Positions 1-31,393 of a DNA stretch of 64,000 nucleotides are shown here, in pieces. The position numbers and the translations under genes were made by a program. The notes beneath the pieces were generated by a model. The model was given only the letters and a program-made list of their open reading frames with translations. It ran no database searches and was not told where the DNA came from. The stretch comes from Chrysomallon squamiferum (lineage: Eukaryota; Animalia; Mollusca). How positions within the stretch are numbered: position 1 is the stretch's first letter; each line of letters opens with the position of its first letter. The stretch covers positions 14,880,001-14,944,000 of the forward strand of contig CM022674.1 of the NCBI GenBank assembly GCA_012295275.1, in the 5' to 3' direction.

Positions 1-1816
1 TTAATCATGAAAATCCCATAAAATTTTCCTGCGAAACGAAAACTGATGAAAGACCAGCAAATGTTAGGTATGTGGACAGTACAGGATTTAATATCAGTCT
101 AGAAACATCTAATCCAAGCTTCAATATCAGTTACTGTGTTGCATTCTATAACACAGAAAACTCAGGTACTAATAATAGGTAATGACAAACGTAGTAATAA
201 CTGTTAATGTTGCTTTTGCAAAAATAGAAAAAAATTATATTAGCAGTAATTCTACAGTGATAACAAAAGTAGTAATAAAAGAAAGTTGTTACTAGTTTAA
301 GAGATGTAGCATATGTGGGCGAAGGGTAGTGCAATGTTAGAACTGAATGTCACCAGCCTAGAAATATCGAATCTCAACTTCAATTTCAGTTATTGTTTTC
401 CTCTTATTATTTTATTAGTATAATCTTTTTTCCTTTTACAGGTATTATAAGGATCCAGTGTTATTCACCAAGCAAAGCTACCACATCTCAAACAACAGCA
501 TCAACGACAACAGCTGAGGAAACATTAAAACATGTATTTGACAAATTCACCTCAGTTTTGACGAAAACAAACAGTTCACAAAAGATAACAACTCAACACA
601 TGCCAATACTGCTTCCTGAACAAGAATCTTTCCCAGGTACTAAATCATGTTCTTATGTTTTATTTGTGATGTGGAGGCCTTATACTGATTTAATAAAAGT
701 ATGAACTCATTTAGTTATATAAAATATGTTATGTACATGTACATATATATCGGTGTATATACACACACAAACATATATACATACATACAAACATACACAC
801 ATACATATACAAACACACATATATGCAGATTGCTTAAATTATTTCTGTCTGAATGAGCTTAACGATGGAATTTATTTTGTATATGTCTTTTCTAATAAAC
901 TTAAAGTTATTTATAAAAATATCAGGACATTCGCTCTTTTCTTACTGTTTTCATTGTTACTACTACTAGTAGTGTTACTGCTACGTCTACTACTACTACT
1001 ACTACTACTAATATTAGTATTACTGTTATTACTCTCAGTTGCTGCTGTAGCTGGTGTTGTTGGCACTTTAATAATACTTGTCGTGGTATCTGCCGTAGTT
1101 ATCATCTATTCAAGGTAACACATTTAAATCCATAAACTAATGTGGTAGCTTCAAATTATAATTTCACACACGACTACAGCCATAATCAGTTTTCCAGTAT
1201 AACTTCAAGAACAATGTTTTCAATGTAGTAGCATTAGTAGTATTAATATTAGGAGTGGAAGACCTAGTGGCCATAGTAAAAGTAGCAACAGTGGTTATTA
1301 TTACCGATACTATTATTATTGTTATTACTACTAATCTACTACTACTACTACTTCTACTAGAATTGTTCTTGTTGTTATTTTTTCTTTTTGTTACCGTTAT
1401 TGCGTTGTTGCCGTTGTCGTTGCTCATTGTGTTGTATTTTTCCTCTATATTATTACTGTTGTTGCCGCTGCTGTTGTTGTTATTGCAGAAGGAAATCAAA
1501 ACGCAAAGAGAGAGAACCCAATGCAGCAAATGACATGAACAACGATCTACATCAACAAGGCACTGGACGTCAGCCTGATTCAGAACAAAACGTCACTTCT
1601 AACACCAGCAACGACAACTATGAACATTTACAACATAACGCTGTGCAGTATGTGAACACACCCGACAGCGACAATGACACTACCGTCTATTTACACATAC
1701 AGCAGCGTGACGACAACGAAGACAGCAACTACGAACATTTGCAACATAACGACCCCTCGCGTTACAACTCACATTCAAGTGTCGACGATAGACACGTTTA
1801 CCTACACATCTGTTGA
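1..1816 (+). CDS. R1 (5'-truncated by window): type I TM receptor, alpha-type Cys-rich ectodomain + S/T stalk + TM + type A (YEHL/YLHI) tail
   Basis: Exons <1-165 (NHENPIKFSCETKTDERP...SYCVAFYNTENS), 442-636 (GIIRIQCYSPSKATTS...ESFP), 1039-1114 (TM VAAVAGVVGTLIILVVVSAVVIIYSR), 1489-1816 (RKSKRKERE...NYEHL...YVNT...VYLHI...NYEHL...VYLHIC*). All introns GT-AG, phases 1,1,2, frame continuous. Domain is a clear paralog of 45665-46006. Confidence 0.88.
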
Positions 1817-2233
1817 ACTACGTAGACGTCTTTGACCTGTATAACAACCATGACGTCAGTTATAAACACACATTATAATTAAACATCGAGTATAGATGTT
1901 TTCACTATGTTATTATTAGATATTAATGTTATTTCCTCGACTTCGTTTATACAGTACATTTCATATGAAGATTTTCCTGTTATTTCTAGTGTAAAGAATA
2001 ATTATGACGCTGACAAAAAAAAAGGTTCTGTTTTAGTTGATAATTATATCTCAGTTTTATATTTCGTTTGACTATGATTAATATGTTTCTCATGTTCTGA
2101 GACAGAAGCCACTAACTTACATCCAGTGATTATGACGTAATTATGACTATTACCAAGGTGAACGTAATTCGGTGTAGGAGATCACTCGCTAAGTAACGTA
2201 TAACATAAAACATTTGTATGACATCACAGTTAA

Positions 2234-2239
2234 AATAAA
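2234..2239 (+). terminator. Candidate AATAAA polyadenylation signal of R1
   Basis: AATAAA in the context cacagttaaAATAAA..attgtaaatgaaag, conserved in the 3' UTRs of type A paralogs R2 (~8277), R9 and R11 (reverse strand). Confidence 0.5.
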
Positions 2240-2406
2240 CATTGTAAATGAAAGCTGTGTTTTTTTTATTTTTAGATATTAAATTATCTTTATTTTATCT
2301 TTATGTTGTTACTTCTTTCTTTGTTACTTTAAAAGTTTCCTTTCTGTAAATATAACTACACTCACACATATACTTACACACATACATACAACAAGAAAAA
2401 GAACCA

Positions 2407-2441
<35 letters not shown>

Positions 2442-4012
2442 ATAATAATAATAATAATAATAATAATTATAAAACAATAGTTATGACGTCGATAGAGTTA
2501 CGTCACTGTCTCAATAGCGCAACGAATTAGAAAGAAACAGAAAAACCAAGGTACTTCTCATGTCTTGTTTTACAACCAGTAACAAAATGAGGTAGTGAGG
2601 AACGAGAAAAATAATGGCGACAACAGAATGAATAAGCGTGAACCTACTACTGTCAAGAGCGGTCAGTTGATAAGCAAACGTTAATTTACTTATTTATTTA
2701 TTATTATTATTATTATTATCATCATCATTATTATTATTAATAATAATATTATTATTTTTATTATTACTATTATGATTATTATTATTATTATTATTTAGAA
2801 TAAAATGAAAAGAAACAAAAGAAAATAGTACTGGTTAGTAGTGTCTTATGTTATAAGATTTATCCTGTTTATTTTCAACGGTTCAATATAACACAACCTT
2901 GGTGGGTCGTGTCTTTCATAGATTTGCAGGATAAAGTTGATATGTTCAGACAGAAATCAGTTATAAATGTATTACAAAGAACATCGTTCTATTCTAAGAT
3001 CTATCTGTCCTGCGTTTCTTTCATTTTTTTCTTTTATTTTCTTCTTTTTTTCCCATCTGTCAACACAGCTACTGATAATTTCAGTTGTTTTGTGTTTTGC
3101 CCAGAGAGTCAAATAAAAATATTTCTTATCCTTTTGTTTTACTGCAGATCCGCTTTCGTTCTGGGCAAGTTGACTTCTGAGTATGTCAAAAAGAACTTAA
3201 GTTTGACCGAGAAAAATATAAAAAATACACAAACACACATAATAACACGATGAATCATCATCGTCATCGACATTCCAATTAGTATATAGTAGTAGTTTCA
3301 GTAATGGTACTAATAAAACTACTTGTGCAAGCAGTTTTATTACTACTACTATTACTACTACTACTACTTCTACTATTATATAATTATTTTCTTAAGCCTG
3401 CAAATTTCATCTGTTCAAAGATCTCACACCTCAGTTTTTATTTACGCTTTGTGAGCAAGTAGTTTACTTCAACTAGGAAGTTCTTTCTGAATATTCTCAG
3501 CTACAAATTTATAATGTTTGGCTGGTGATTTCTTTGTGTTGTGGCTTCGTATATTTGTGTGGCCAGTGTAAAGCTGACTGTGTTTAATAATATATTAATA
3601 TGTGAGTCACAGAAAGTGGGACGAACTATTACATTCAACACTGTATGATCTTTTTCTTCTTCCTCCTTTTCTCTTGTGACTTTTTTTGCATATTTATATG
3701 TCTGTACGTACATAATAATATATGTATGTATGTATATCAGTCTCTATTTACATATGTATGTTTGCTTGTGTGAGTGTGTGTGTGTGTTAAACAGTTAAAG
3801 ATACACATACTATTATATACATGTATATATATACTCCTTAAAAAAATGTAAATGTATCTAGATTGTATGTACACTAATATTAAAAAGATTAGTCTTTTGT
3901 GTTTCAACAAATTAAGTAATACTGAATGTTGAAAGACCAGGAAGAAAGTTTGACTTTATAACATATCTAAATATCAGACAGTGAACAGTGCGTCAACGGT
4001 GAAAAGGTAGAC

Positions 4013-7864
<3,852 letters not shown>

Positions 7865-8642
7865 ACGTCTTTGACCTATATAACCATCATAACGTCAGTC
7901 AGAAACACACATTAAAATTAAAAATCTAGTAAAGGTGTTTTCACATGTTAATGCTATTTCCTCTACTTTATTTAAATTGTATATTTCATATGAAGATTTT
8001 CCTGCAGTTTCTAGTGTAAAGAGTAATTATGATGTTGACAAAGAAAGGTTCTGTTTTAGTTTATGATTATATCTCCGAAAGAAATGCCGTTTTATGTTTC
8101 GTTTGACCATGAATAATATCTTTGTCATTTTCTGACACAGAAATTAATAACTAACGTCCAGTGAGTGTGACGTAATTATTTTTATTACTTAGGTGAACGT
8201 AATTCTGTGTAAGGGGTCAGTCGCTAATGTCAAGATTATCGTATAACATAAACCATTTCTCTGACGTCACAGTTAAAATAAATATTGTAAATGAAAGAGG
8301 TGTTTCTTTTTATTATCTGATACCAAATAATGTTTGTTTTATCTCTCTTTAATTTATTTCTTTTTTTGTTACTTTAAAAGTACTCTTGCTATATGTATTT
8401 TTGCATATATACACAGATACATGCCTACATACAAATAGACAGACAGATATGTTACAATCCCATGTTTTGACCAACAAAAGGTCACATTTAAGAGTGTTAG
8501 ACTAAGACATTTCTCACTGCAGTCGAACTTTGTCTTTGAACAAGCGGCATTCTGAACCAATCATCAACAATTTTCATTCGATCTGGAAGTGTCCAGTGTG
8601 AACATATAAACGTAATGGACACACATACACACTACAGTACTA

Positions 8643-8842
8643 NNNNNNNNNNNNNNNNNNNNNNNNNNNNNNNNNNNNNNNNNNNNNNNNNNNNNNNNNN
8701 NNNNNNNNNNNNNNNNNNNNNNNNNNNNNNNNNNNNNNNNNNNNNNNNNNNNNNNNNNNNNNNNNNNNNNNNNNNNNNNNNNNNNNNNNNNNNNNNNNNN
8801 NNNNNNNNNNNNNNNNNNNNNNNNNNNNNNNNNNNNNNNNNN
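8643..8842. other. Assembly gap (200 N)
   Basis: Run of exactly 200 N, a fixed-size scaffolding gap. Confidence 0.99.
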
Positions 8843-9440
8843 AGTTACGGTTCTTGCTATTTATAGACAGGGAAATACCAACATTAATATAATAAATGTC
8901 ATTGTTTCAGTAACATAACTTATTTAAATAAACGTGTTTGGTTTAGTTCATTGTCGATTATTAAATATTTGAAAGGAACAAAAGGCCAAAACATCCTTTG
9001 TGGCATCTATAAATAGACAGAAAACTGTATTTGCGCAGTTAATGTAGACTGCAGGGTGTCAGTTTAAGAATGGGTTGTATGCACGCTTCACTTAGATTTC
9101 TCGCTTCTGGAACTAATATGTTGTTGGGCTTCACTCAGTGTTTACACAGTTTTAATAACATGTAGATAAACTTTCAATCGAAAAAAGGTTTAATTGTAAT
9201 TTCTATAGTTTCTGGTGTTGTTTGTAGCTAGAATTCTTTCTGAGATTCAGTATCTTCCTGTCATATCGTCTGTCCATGAATAATACACTGTCATTCTAGA
9301 CAAACAAAAAGAAAAAAAATATGACAAAAAAAAGAAAAGAAAACAAAACAAACAAAAAAATACAACTGGCCAAAAAACCCCAAAACACAAACTAAAACAA
9401 AAAACAACAACAAAAAAACAAAAAAAACATCAACCAACAA

Positions 9441-9490
<50 letters not shown>

Positions 9491-11060
9491 AAAATGAAAA
9501 CCTCCGTCTCTACATGGAAGAATTAATCTGGGTGGACACTAAACAAATTTACATTTATTTTTATGTGACTTTATCAGCAGCTTTCCTTTCTTTACCCTTA
9601 CTACGTCTCGCTCCATTCACGCCCCACCCCCAACTTGTCAATCATTCATTACGAACACTGAAAGTAGTATTACCCACATTTCTACACTACTATGTCACAA
9701 GATACTAGCGTTCCGCTGTAAGTGTTATTTTTAAAGTGATTCTCGTTCCTCCAGTTTGTAAATGTTTTCGTACATTATTCTCGCAGTCTCCGACCTTGAC
9801 ACCTACATCAGACGAACGTTTGTTATGAATGAACCGACAGAGCCGCACGCCACTTAGCTATAACTTAGCAATGTGTGTCGAAACCCCGCTTATGCAAAGG
9901 CAAATAAAAAACTTGTCAAACTGCTTTCTATATTTAACTTTACCCGGCCTATCTACCAGCTTTAACGTGACAACAAGTAAAAACATATTTTTTACACTAA
10001 ACTACTTCCTTGTTTGATTCGGAGCTCGACCGAAGGGCAGACGAATATGAACTAAAAGTTCTATAGTTGTTTTTCTTCGTTTTGTGCTGATGTCAGACTG
10101 AAATTGACCTTCTGTGTGTCAGTGGCAGACGAGAATATTATTTCTATATTTGGATTTATATAAGCTGAGACGAGACTGTTTATTTTCGTCAATAATGTGG
10201 GTGTTTTTTTGTTGTTTCTTTTTTGTTTGTTTTTTTACCTTTTACTTAACGTGACTTTAAGAAATAGTCTTTTTATGAATATTATGAAAAGTAATAGATA
10301 CAAGATTGCCTATTTTTATCAAAGTATGTGATTTATAACTGCCTTCAAAGTGAATATAATACAGTTTTCCATTAATATATTTGTATAATATCTTTTTATC
10401 AGTTTATAAACTAAAGAGTATCTAAATGTATTGTTCATATTTAATATTTAAACACTACTGGATTATAAAGTGCCATGCCTTTATGAAAATCTGACATTAT
10501 CTGGATTTATATGGTCCAGGAAGTGAATGTTTTATGGGTGTTTTATACCGATTTAAGTTTCTGTATTTAACGAACTGGAAACTGCAGCAAATGTATCTTT
10601 GTTTGTAATGTATCAGTTTCATTGTTTGTCGAAATAGTATTTCAAGTTAAACGTCTAGGTAACTAAAGTTCATATTTATAAATTATAATTTGTTTGTTAA
10701 TAATTATAATTTACAGATATACAGCTTAATGTTTATTGACGTGGAAACTGAATGGACGGTGGTCTATGATTTTTTGTTAACATGTTGTTATCAGTGTTAG
10801 TGAACTGATGTTTTCAGAACTGTAACGTAGATACAAGTTGTGAATTTATAACAGATTACATCTGTTCGTGTTTGACAAATTACGTAAGCACTGGAGGATA
10901 AACATGATTGGGCGTCTTGTTGTACTGTATTACAGGTTACTGTTATACTGCTCTCATCTTAATATCCTTGTATCCCAGTACAATTTGCTGTTATATTATT
11001 CTTAATATCCTTTTATCAGTACAAATTACTACTTTAATGCAGATATTTCTAAACGGAAGA

Positions 11061-15166
<4,106 letters not shown>

Positions 15167-15656
15167 ACTGAAATATGGAAGCATTTAACATTAAATTATA
15201 ATGTATACACTTTGATAAACGCTGTGAAAGCACAGAAAAAGCCACATGAGACAACAGTAATAGCGAACGTCATTTTCATAATGTCATATCATTCTGTTAC
15301 TGAATTAGTTTGAGGACTTTACGTTATTTTGTAATTGCTTTATTTTATTATTATTATATTTTTTTCCAATGGGAATATATCAAACAAAACTAGCTAACAA
15401 GTATTTGATTGGTTAATATCAGCTAATCTGATAATTATATTTTAAGATGAACATTTGATTATCTGTTTTGTTTATTGCTGTGACTTTCATTAAATGTAAA
15501 GATATGATTCCAGAAGACAAACTGTGTCTAACTACTAATCTGTTTACTGATTACGTCTGACTTTACTTCTTACGTTCTTTATTTTAAATTTTATTATGTA
15601 TCTGTCTTTACGTCTCTTAACGTCCATCAGATTATGTATGTATGCATGTGTGAGTG

Positions 15657-15692
<36 letters not shown>

Positions 15693-16047
15693 TGCATGAA
15701 AGTATGTATGTTTATATATATGTATGTGTGTATGAATTTATCAAAGTATGTAGGTGTGTATGTATGTATGTATGTATGTATGTATGTATGTTCAATGTGC
15801 ATATATGTACTTAATACAAAATAAGTGAATTTAACATACCAATGTTTCTCTTATTATCATAACATAATTGTGATAACATTTATAGCTTTACTTAAGTGTA
15901 TATTTTTAAATACAGAGACTAACAGAAAAATAAATTTAAAATAATATTTTGTAAAAGAAAACTGTTTCTGTTTTCAGTTTTTAGCTTTTAATAATAATGA
16001 TGATGTTAATGATGACGATACCAATGTTGATAATAATAATAATAATC

Positions 16048-16090
<43 letters not shown>

Positions 16091-16488
16091 TCGACGTCAT
16101 CATCATCATCATGATCATTGAAAAGAAAATAATTCTGAGTAAACATCGTTTCAAAAAGGTTACAAATAAGCTGTGACAGTATAAGGAAAAATCTTGAAAA
16201 AACAAAAGTAAAATAACAACAGAACAAACAAACTCTAGTGAAATAACAGTCTGATATTTTATCAACACAGATGCACAAAAACACACGCATACACATGCAT
16301 ACAAACCGACACAAATGCGTGCGCAAACATATGTTTATACGTATACAACCATTTGCACACGGTAAAGTTGTTTTTGCTATTTTAATTGTTTTCTTCATAG
16401 CCGTTACAATAAACCTCTTGACATCATTTTGAAACTGAGCTATTTATGAATGTTTTTAATATAAAATTTAACAAAGGTAATGATAGGG

Positions 16489-16520
<32 letters not shown>

Positions 16521-16759
16521 TAAAAACAGCGAAGCAAACAAATAGAAAGAAAAATGTATAACTAAGTAATAAATATGATGATGATAATGTTCTTGATGAT
16601 GCTAATAATAATGTAGCAGTTGTTGTTATAGTAGTATTAATACTAATAATACTACTACTAATAATAAACAATAATAACAATAAAACAACACAAATGTCAA
16701 AAACAATAGGAAAAAAAGTACAGAAATAAATAAAAATAAAATCAATAAATATTTTTAAA

Positions 16760-16791
<32 letters not shown>

Positions 16792-17005
16792 ATAAAATAA
16801 AAATTATCACACCGAATCATGAACCGTCACTTTACGTCCAACAAAAAAAAAAACTTGCATAACCGGTTTTCGTTCTGCCATGATCAATACCAGTGTAACT
16901 GAGGTATCTATTTTTATTTTGAAAGACCAGACGAACGTCTTCCTCCTTGATTAATATGTGGGTGAAATACGGGTGGATATTTACTAGAAAAGCGTCGTTT
17001 GTCGG

Positions 17006-17022
17006 GGAAGTTAAACTGAAAC
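17006..17022 (+). promoter_or_regulatory. ETS/IRF composite-like element ~50 bp upstream of the R4 start codon
   Basis: GGAAGTTAAACTGAAAC has one mismatch to GGAANNGAAANNGAAA. Motif match only. Confidence 0.3.
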
Positions 17023-17068
17023 ATCAGTGCCTTTTGGACGTTAAAGATTAACGCTCGGGCAGACAACT

Positions 17069-27542
<10,474 letters not shown>

Positions 27543-27907
27543 GAAAAAAGAACAAAACAAAAATAAAATAAACTCGATAAAACACTGAACAAGAAGAATT
27601 ATCTTTCGACCAGTGCACACAAGAAACTGTTTAACAAATCAGTCAGATACTTCATTATTTTACAAATGACTTTTATTTGTGTTTGTGTGTCATGTTAAAT
27701 TTATACTTCTGATTCTAAGTTGAGATTATAATATAAGATTTGATACCCGTCTGAGAATTCTTGCCAGTTAGAAATAAAACTGTTCATGAACTTTCTGATA
27801 AATGACAAACTAGAATCGTTTGACAGGATTTAAGTATTTCAAGAAATGGTGTTGGTGCTGTGTAGATATATAATAACCAGATTTTATATTTTTATAAATT
27901 GTTTTAA

Positions 27908-27994
<87 letters not shown>

Positions 27995-28435
27995 CTCTCT
28001 CTCTCTCTCTCTGTTGATATCTCGCTACATTTCTCTCTTCTTGTCTGTCCATCTGTCAGTCTATCTTTCGCATGACTGTTAATGTTGAATCATCTATACT
28101 TTTAGTTTGTTAGATATGACAGGCAGATTTAAAAATTGTATTTGGAATATTATATCACGAATTCGTTGGTGAAGTTCCTTCCCAAGAAAGCCCATTTAAA
28201 CTTCGTTTACCTCGTATGGTCAGTTATATAAGATATACAAATATAAATAGATATACAATAATATATACTTGTCAATATTAATGAGATAAAAATATTGGAC
28301 AGACATTTGACACTGTCAATTTATCTAAACGTTAATGTTCCAGTTTATAATTATATTTATATAATATTGATGATGATGATGATAATAATAACAACAACAA
28401 TAACAACAACAACAATCAGAATAAGAATAAGAATG

Positions 28436-28486
<51 letters not shown>

Positions 28487-28941
28487 GTAATATAATAGTA
28501 ATAATAATAATAATCATAATAATATTATTATTAATAATAGTAAATAATAATAATGATGATGATGGTGGTAAACATTAAATAAATAATATAATTATGTATA
28601 TTTATTTATTCAAGATATTATTTGTGTTTTTTTCTACGTAATTCCATTATGTGTAATACCTTTGCAGATAGTCTATTATTTTTTTATATTATTATTAATT
28701 GAGTCATTGACTTTGTTAAATTAATTAAATACTTATATTTAGTGGTGCTCTTATATATACAAAATTAATTAACTTAAAATAGCCTTTTAAATATAGCTCA
28801 GTTTTTATAGCGTGTAAATATTCAACATTATAGCTAATGCATGTTTATCAAACAGTATAAATAAAGGTAAAAACAAAATATTAATTTTGTTGTTATTTAT
28901 TTATTATTGAAACGCTCTGTGCGTGCGTGTGTGTGTATTTG

Positions 28942-28984
<43 letters not shown>

Positions 28985-29151
28985 TTATAATTAAAATAAA
29001 TATATATGTATGTATTTAAATAAATATTTAAAACAATTATTTCTATGTTTGCTATCGTTGGTGAGTTATCACCCTTAGCTGATGTTTTCTGATAATTTAC
29101 ATTTATATCAGATTAATCTAGCAGTTTTGATTATTTAATCTAGCGAGAATG

Positions 29152-29202
<51 letters not shown>

Positions 29203-30379
29203 TAATACGAAACAAAAAACCATGAATACATAAAATATATGCAAACTAATTCTGAAGTAACCAACTACGAATTAAAAAAACAAAAAAAAAAAAAAAAAAA
29301 CATTATTTTAAATATTATATTTACTACTGTAAATTTAAAATCTGTATAATTATACAAAACAAGAAATGGATAATAATTAATCATAATCAGTGCACTAAAG
29401 CATGAATATTGAATGTAACAGTTAAATGTGAAACAATATATAACAACTGAACAATACTGATAGACACAATTAAATGTCCAAAGAAAGTACAATAAATTTA
29501 TAATGTAATAACTGCAGATTTTACAAAGAAAAAACGTATCATAAACTAATAGAGTTTTAATTTATAACATATCATTTGACTAAATACTGAAAGCTTATTT
29601 TCTGATTGTTATAAGAATTAAATATAAAATAAAATATATAAAAAAAAAAAACTGGCAGTTATATAATTACTTTGTTTACAAAGAAAAAAAGCATATTAAA
29701 TTATAGTAACTATATATATATATTGATATTAAACGAAGTTCACATTTTATGCTTTTTACTTTTAAATTTGTAAGAATATTTCTCCGATTCTTTACATATA
29801 TTTTACTTTTTGTTCTAGATCTTTTCCTTCTTTTCATTTTGTTTTGAGAATATAATTTCACTGTTTGTTGTACGTGAATATCCATTATTGAATATTTTTT
29901 TTTCTTTCTTTCTTCTTTTCTTTTTTTTTTTTTTTTTCCGGATATGTAAGCACAGTTTAAAACAACAACAACAACAAAAAACAAAACAAAAATCAAACAT
30001 GAAATAATGTTTTCTGTTTGTCGTTAGATTTTTCGTTCATGTCTTGTTATTTTTCTCACAATCAGCAACCTTTTCTGTTTGTCCAAACTCACTGATTACA
30101 CATACTAAGTATGACGTATGTGAACTATACTTCTTTTCTCTGTACACTTGTTTCAAACTTACGACTTTTACTGCGTGAGTCAAAAACACCTATCTCGACG
30201 ATATTTATTAATCGTTCTGTTTTATATTTTATATTTTTGTTGTAAAAATCTTTGTTTTAAAATAACAATTTTTCCTTTTATAGGTATTCATTTAATTTTT
30301 ATTCTGTTGTTTTTTTTTTTTTTTTTTTTTTTATTATTTTTTTTTTTTTCTGTTTTTTTTTTTTTATGATTCTGTGTGT

Positions 30380-31339
30380 TTATTTTGAGACTTGTTTTGG
30401 TTTCTGAACAAGTGTGTAAACGTCACCAGAGGGCGCTATCTTTGCAGCACGTTCCTTCTTCTTCTTCTTACATTTATCAACCACGGTGTACAGATCATTT
30501 GGCTCTGCATTCAGCCTTTCCTCTCTTTTCGTTTCTTTCTTTTTCTTTTTGGGTTTCTCAGCTTTGAAAACGCCACCTTCATTAAGACAAACACCTTCGT
30601 TCGCGTATTCTGTCTGTTCGTTACCGAGGTCACGCGAGAGACCGGAAATGACGTCATCATCACGATCGCGTCTTCCGGAAACTTTGGGTTTTGCAGCTTT
30701 TTCTGGTTTCTGCAGCTTCGCTGTAGATGAAGTCGCTGTAGTTTCACTGCCGACGTTGGCATCGAGTTTCGACGGAGAATTCACAGACGTATTGTTGAGT
30801 CCCATATTGTAAATAGCATTTTCAACCATCTCCACTTGTGGTGTCAGATTTTCTGACGGTTCGTTGTTTTGTTGAATACTGGGATCCAGTGTTGACGGAG
30901 AACTCAAAGACGTGTCAGGAAATCCCATGTTGTAAATCTCATTTTCAATCATCTCAACTTGTGGTAGTTCGCTGGTTTGCTCGGTATTACGGTCTCCGTC
31001 GGTGTTGTAGTAGTCGTGGTCGTTGTGCAAGTTGTTTCTTTTGCGTCGTCTTGTTTTATATAATACAAAAAATAAATTAATAAATTATGAGGAAAATTAT
31101 TGCGATGATGATTATGATGATGATGATGATAATGATGATGATTACAGTTTTAACAAATCAAACTGAACTATTATAAATAATTATTTCTCAGTTACTGAAA
31201 AAGTTTGGCAAACTTTTTCAGTTTTAGATAATTTATCATCATTATTATTGTCACTACTACTACTAGTACTATATCATCATCATACTACTACTATATCATA
31301 ATCATCATTATTATCATTATTATTATTGTTGTTATTATT

Positions 31340-31393
<54 letters not shown>

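Noticed and set aside
8870-8880. NF-kB-like GGGAAATACC
   Set aside because: Mismatch to GGGRNNYYCC, single occurrence, more than 2 kb from the nearest leader exon.
10904-11005. ATG ATT GGG CGT... hydrophobic ORF as the R3 leader
   Set aside because: Reaches a stop without a phase-1 donor; 11061-11139 ends in Q-G|GT like the other leaders.
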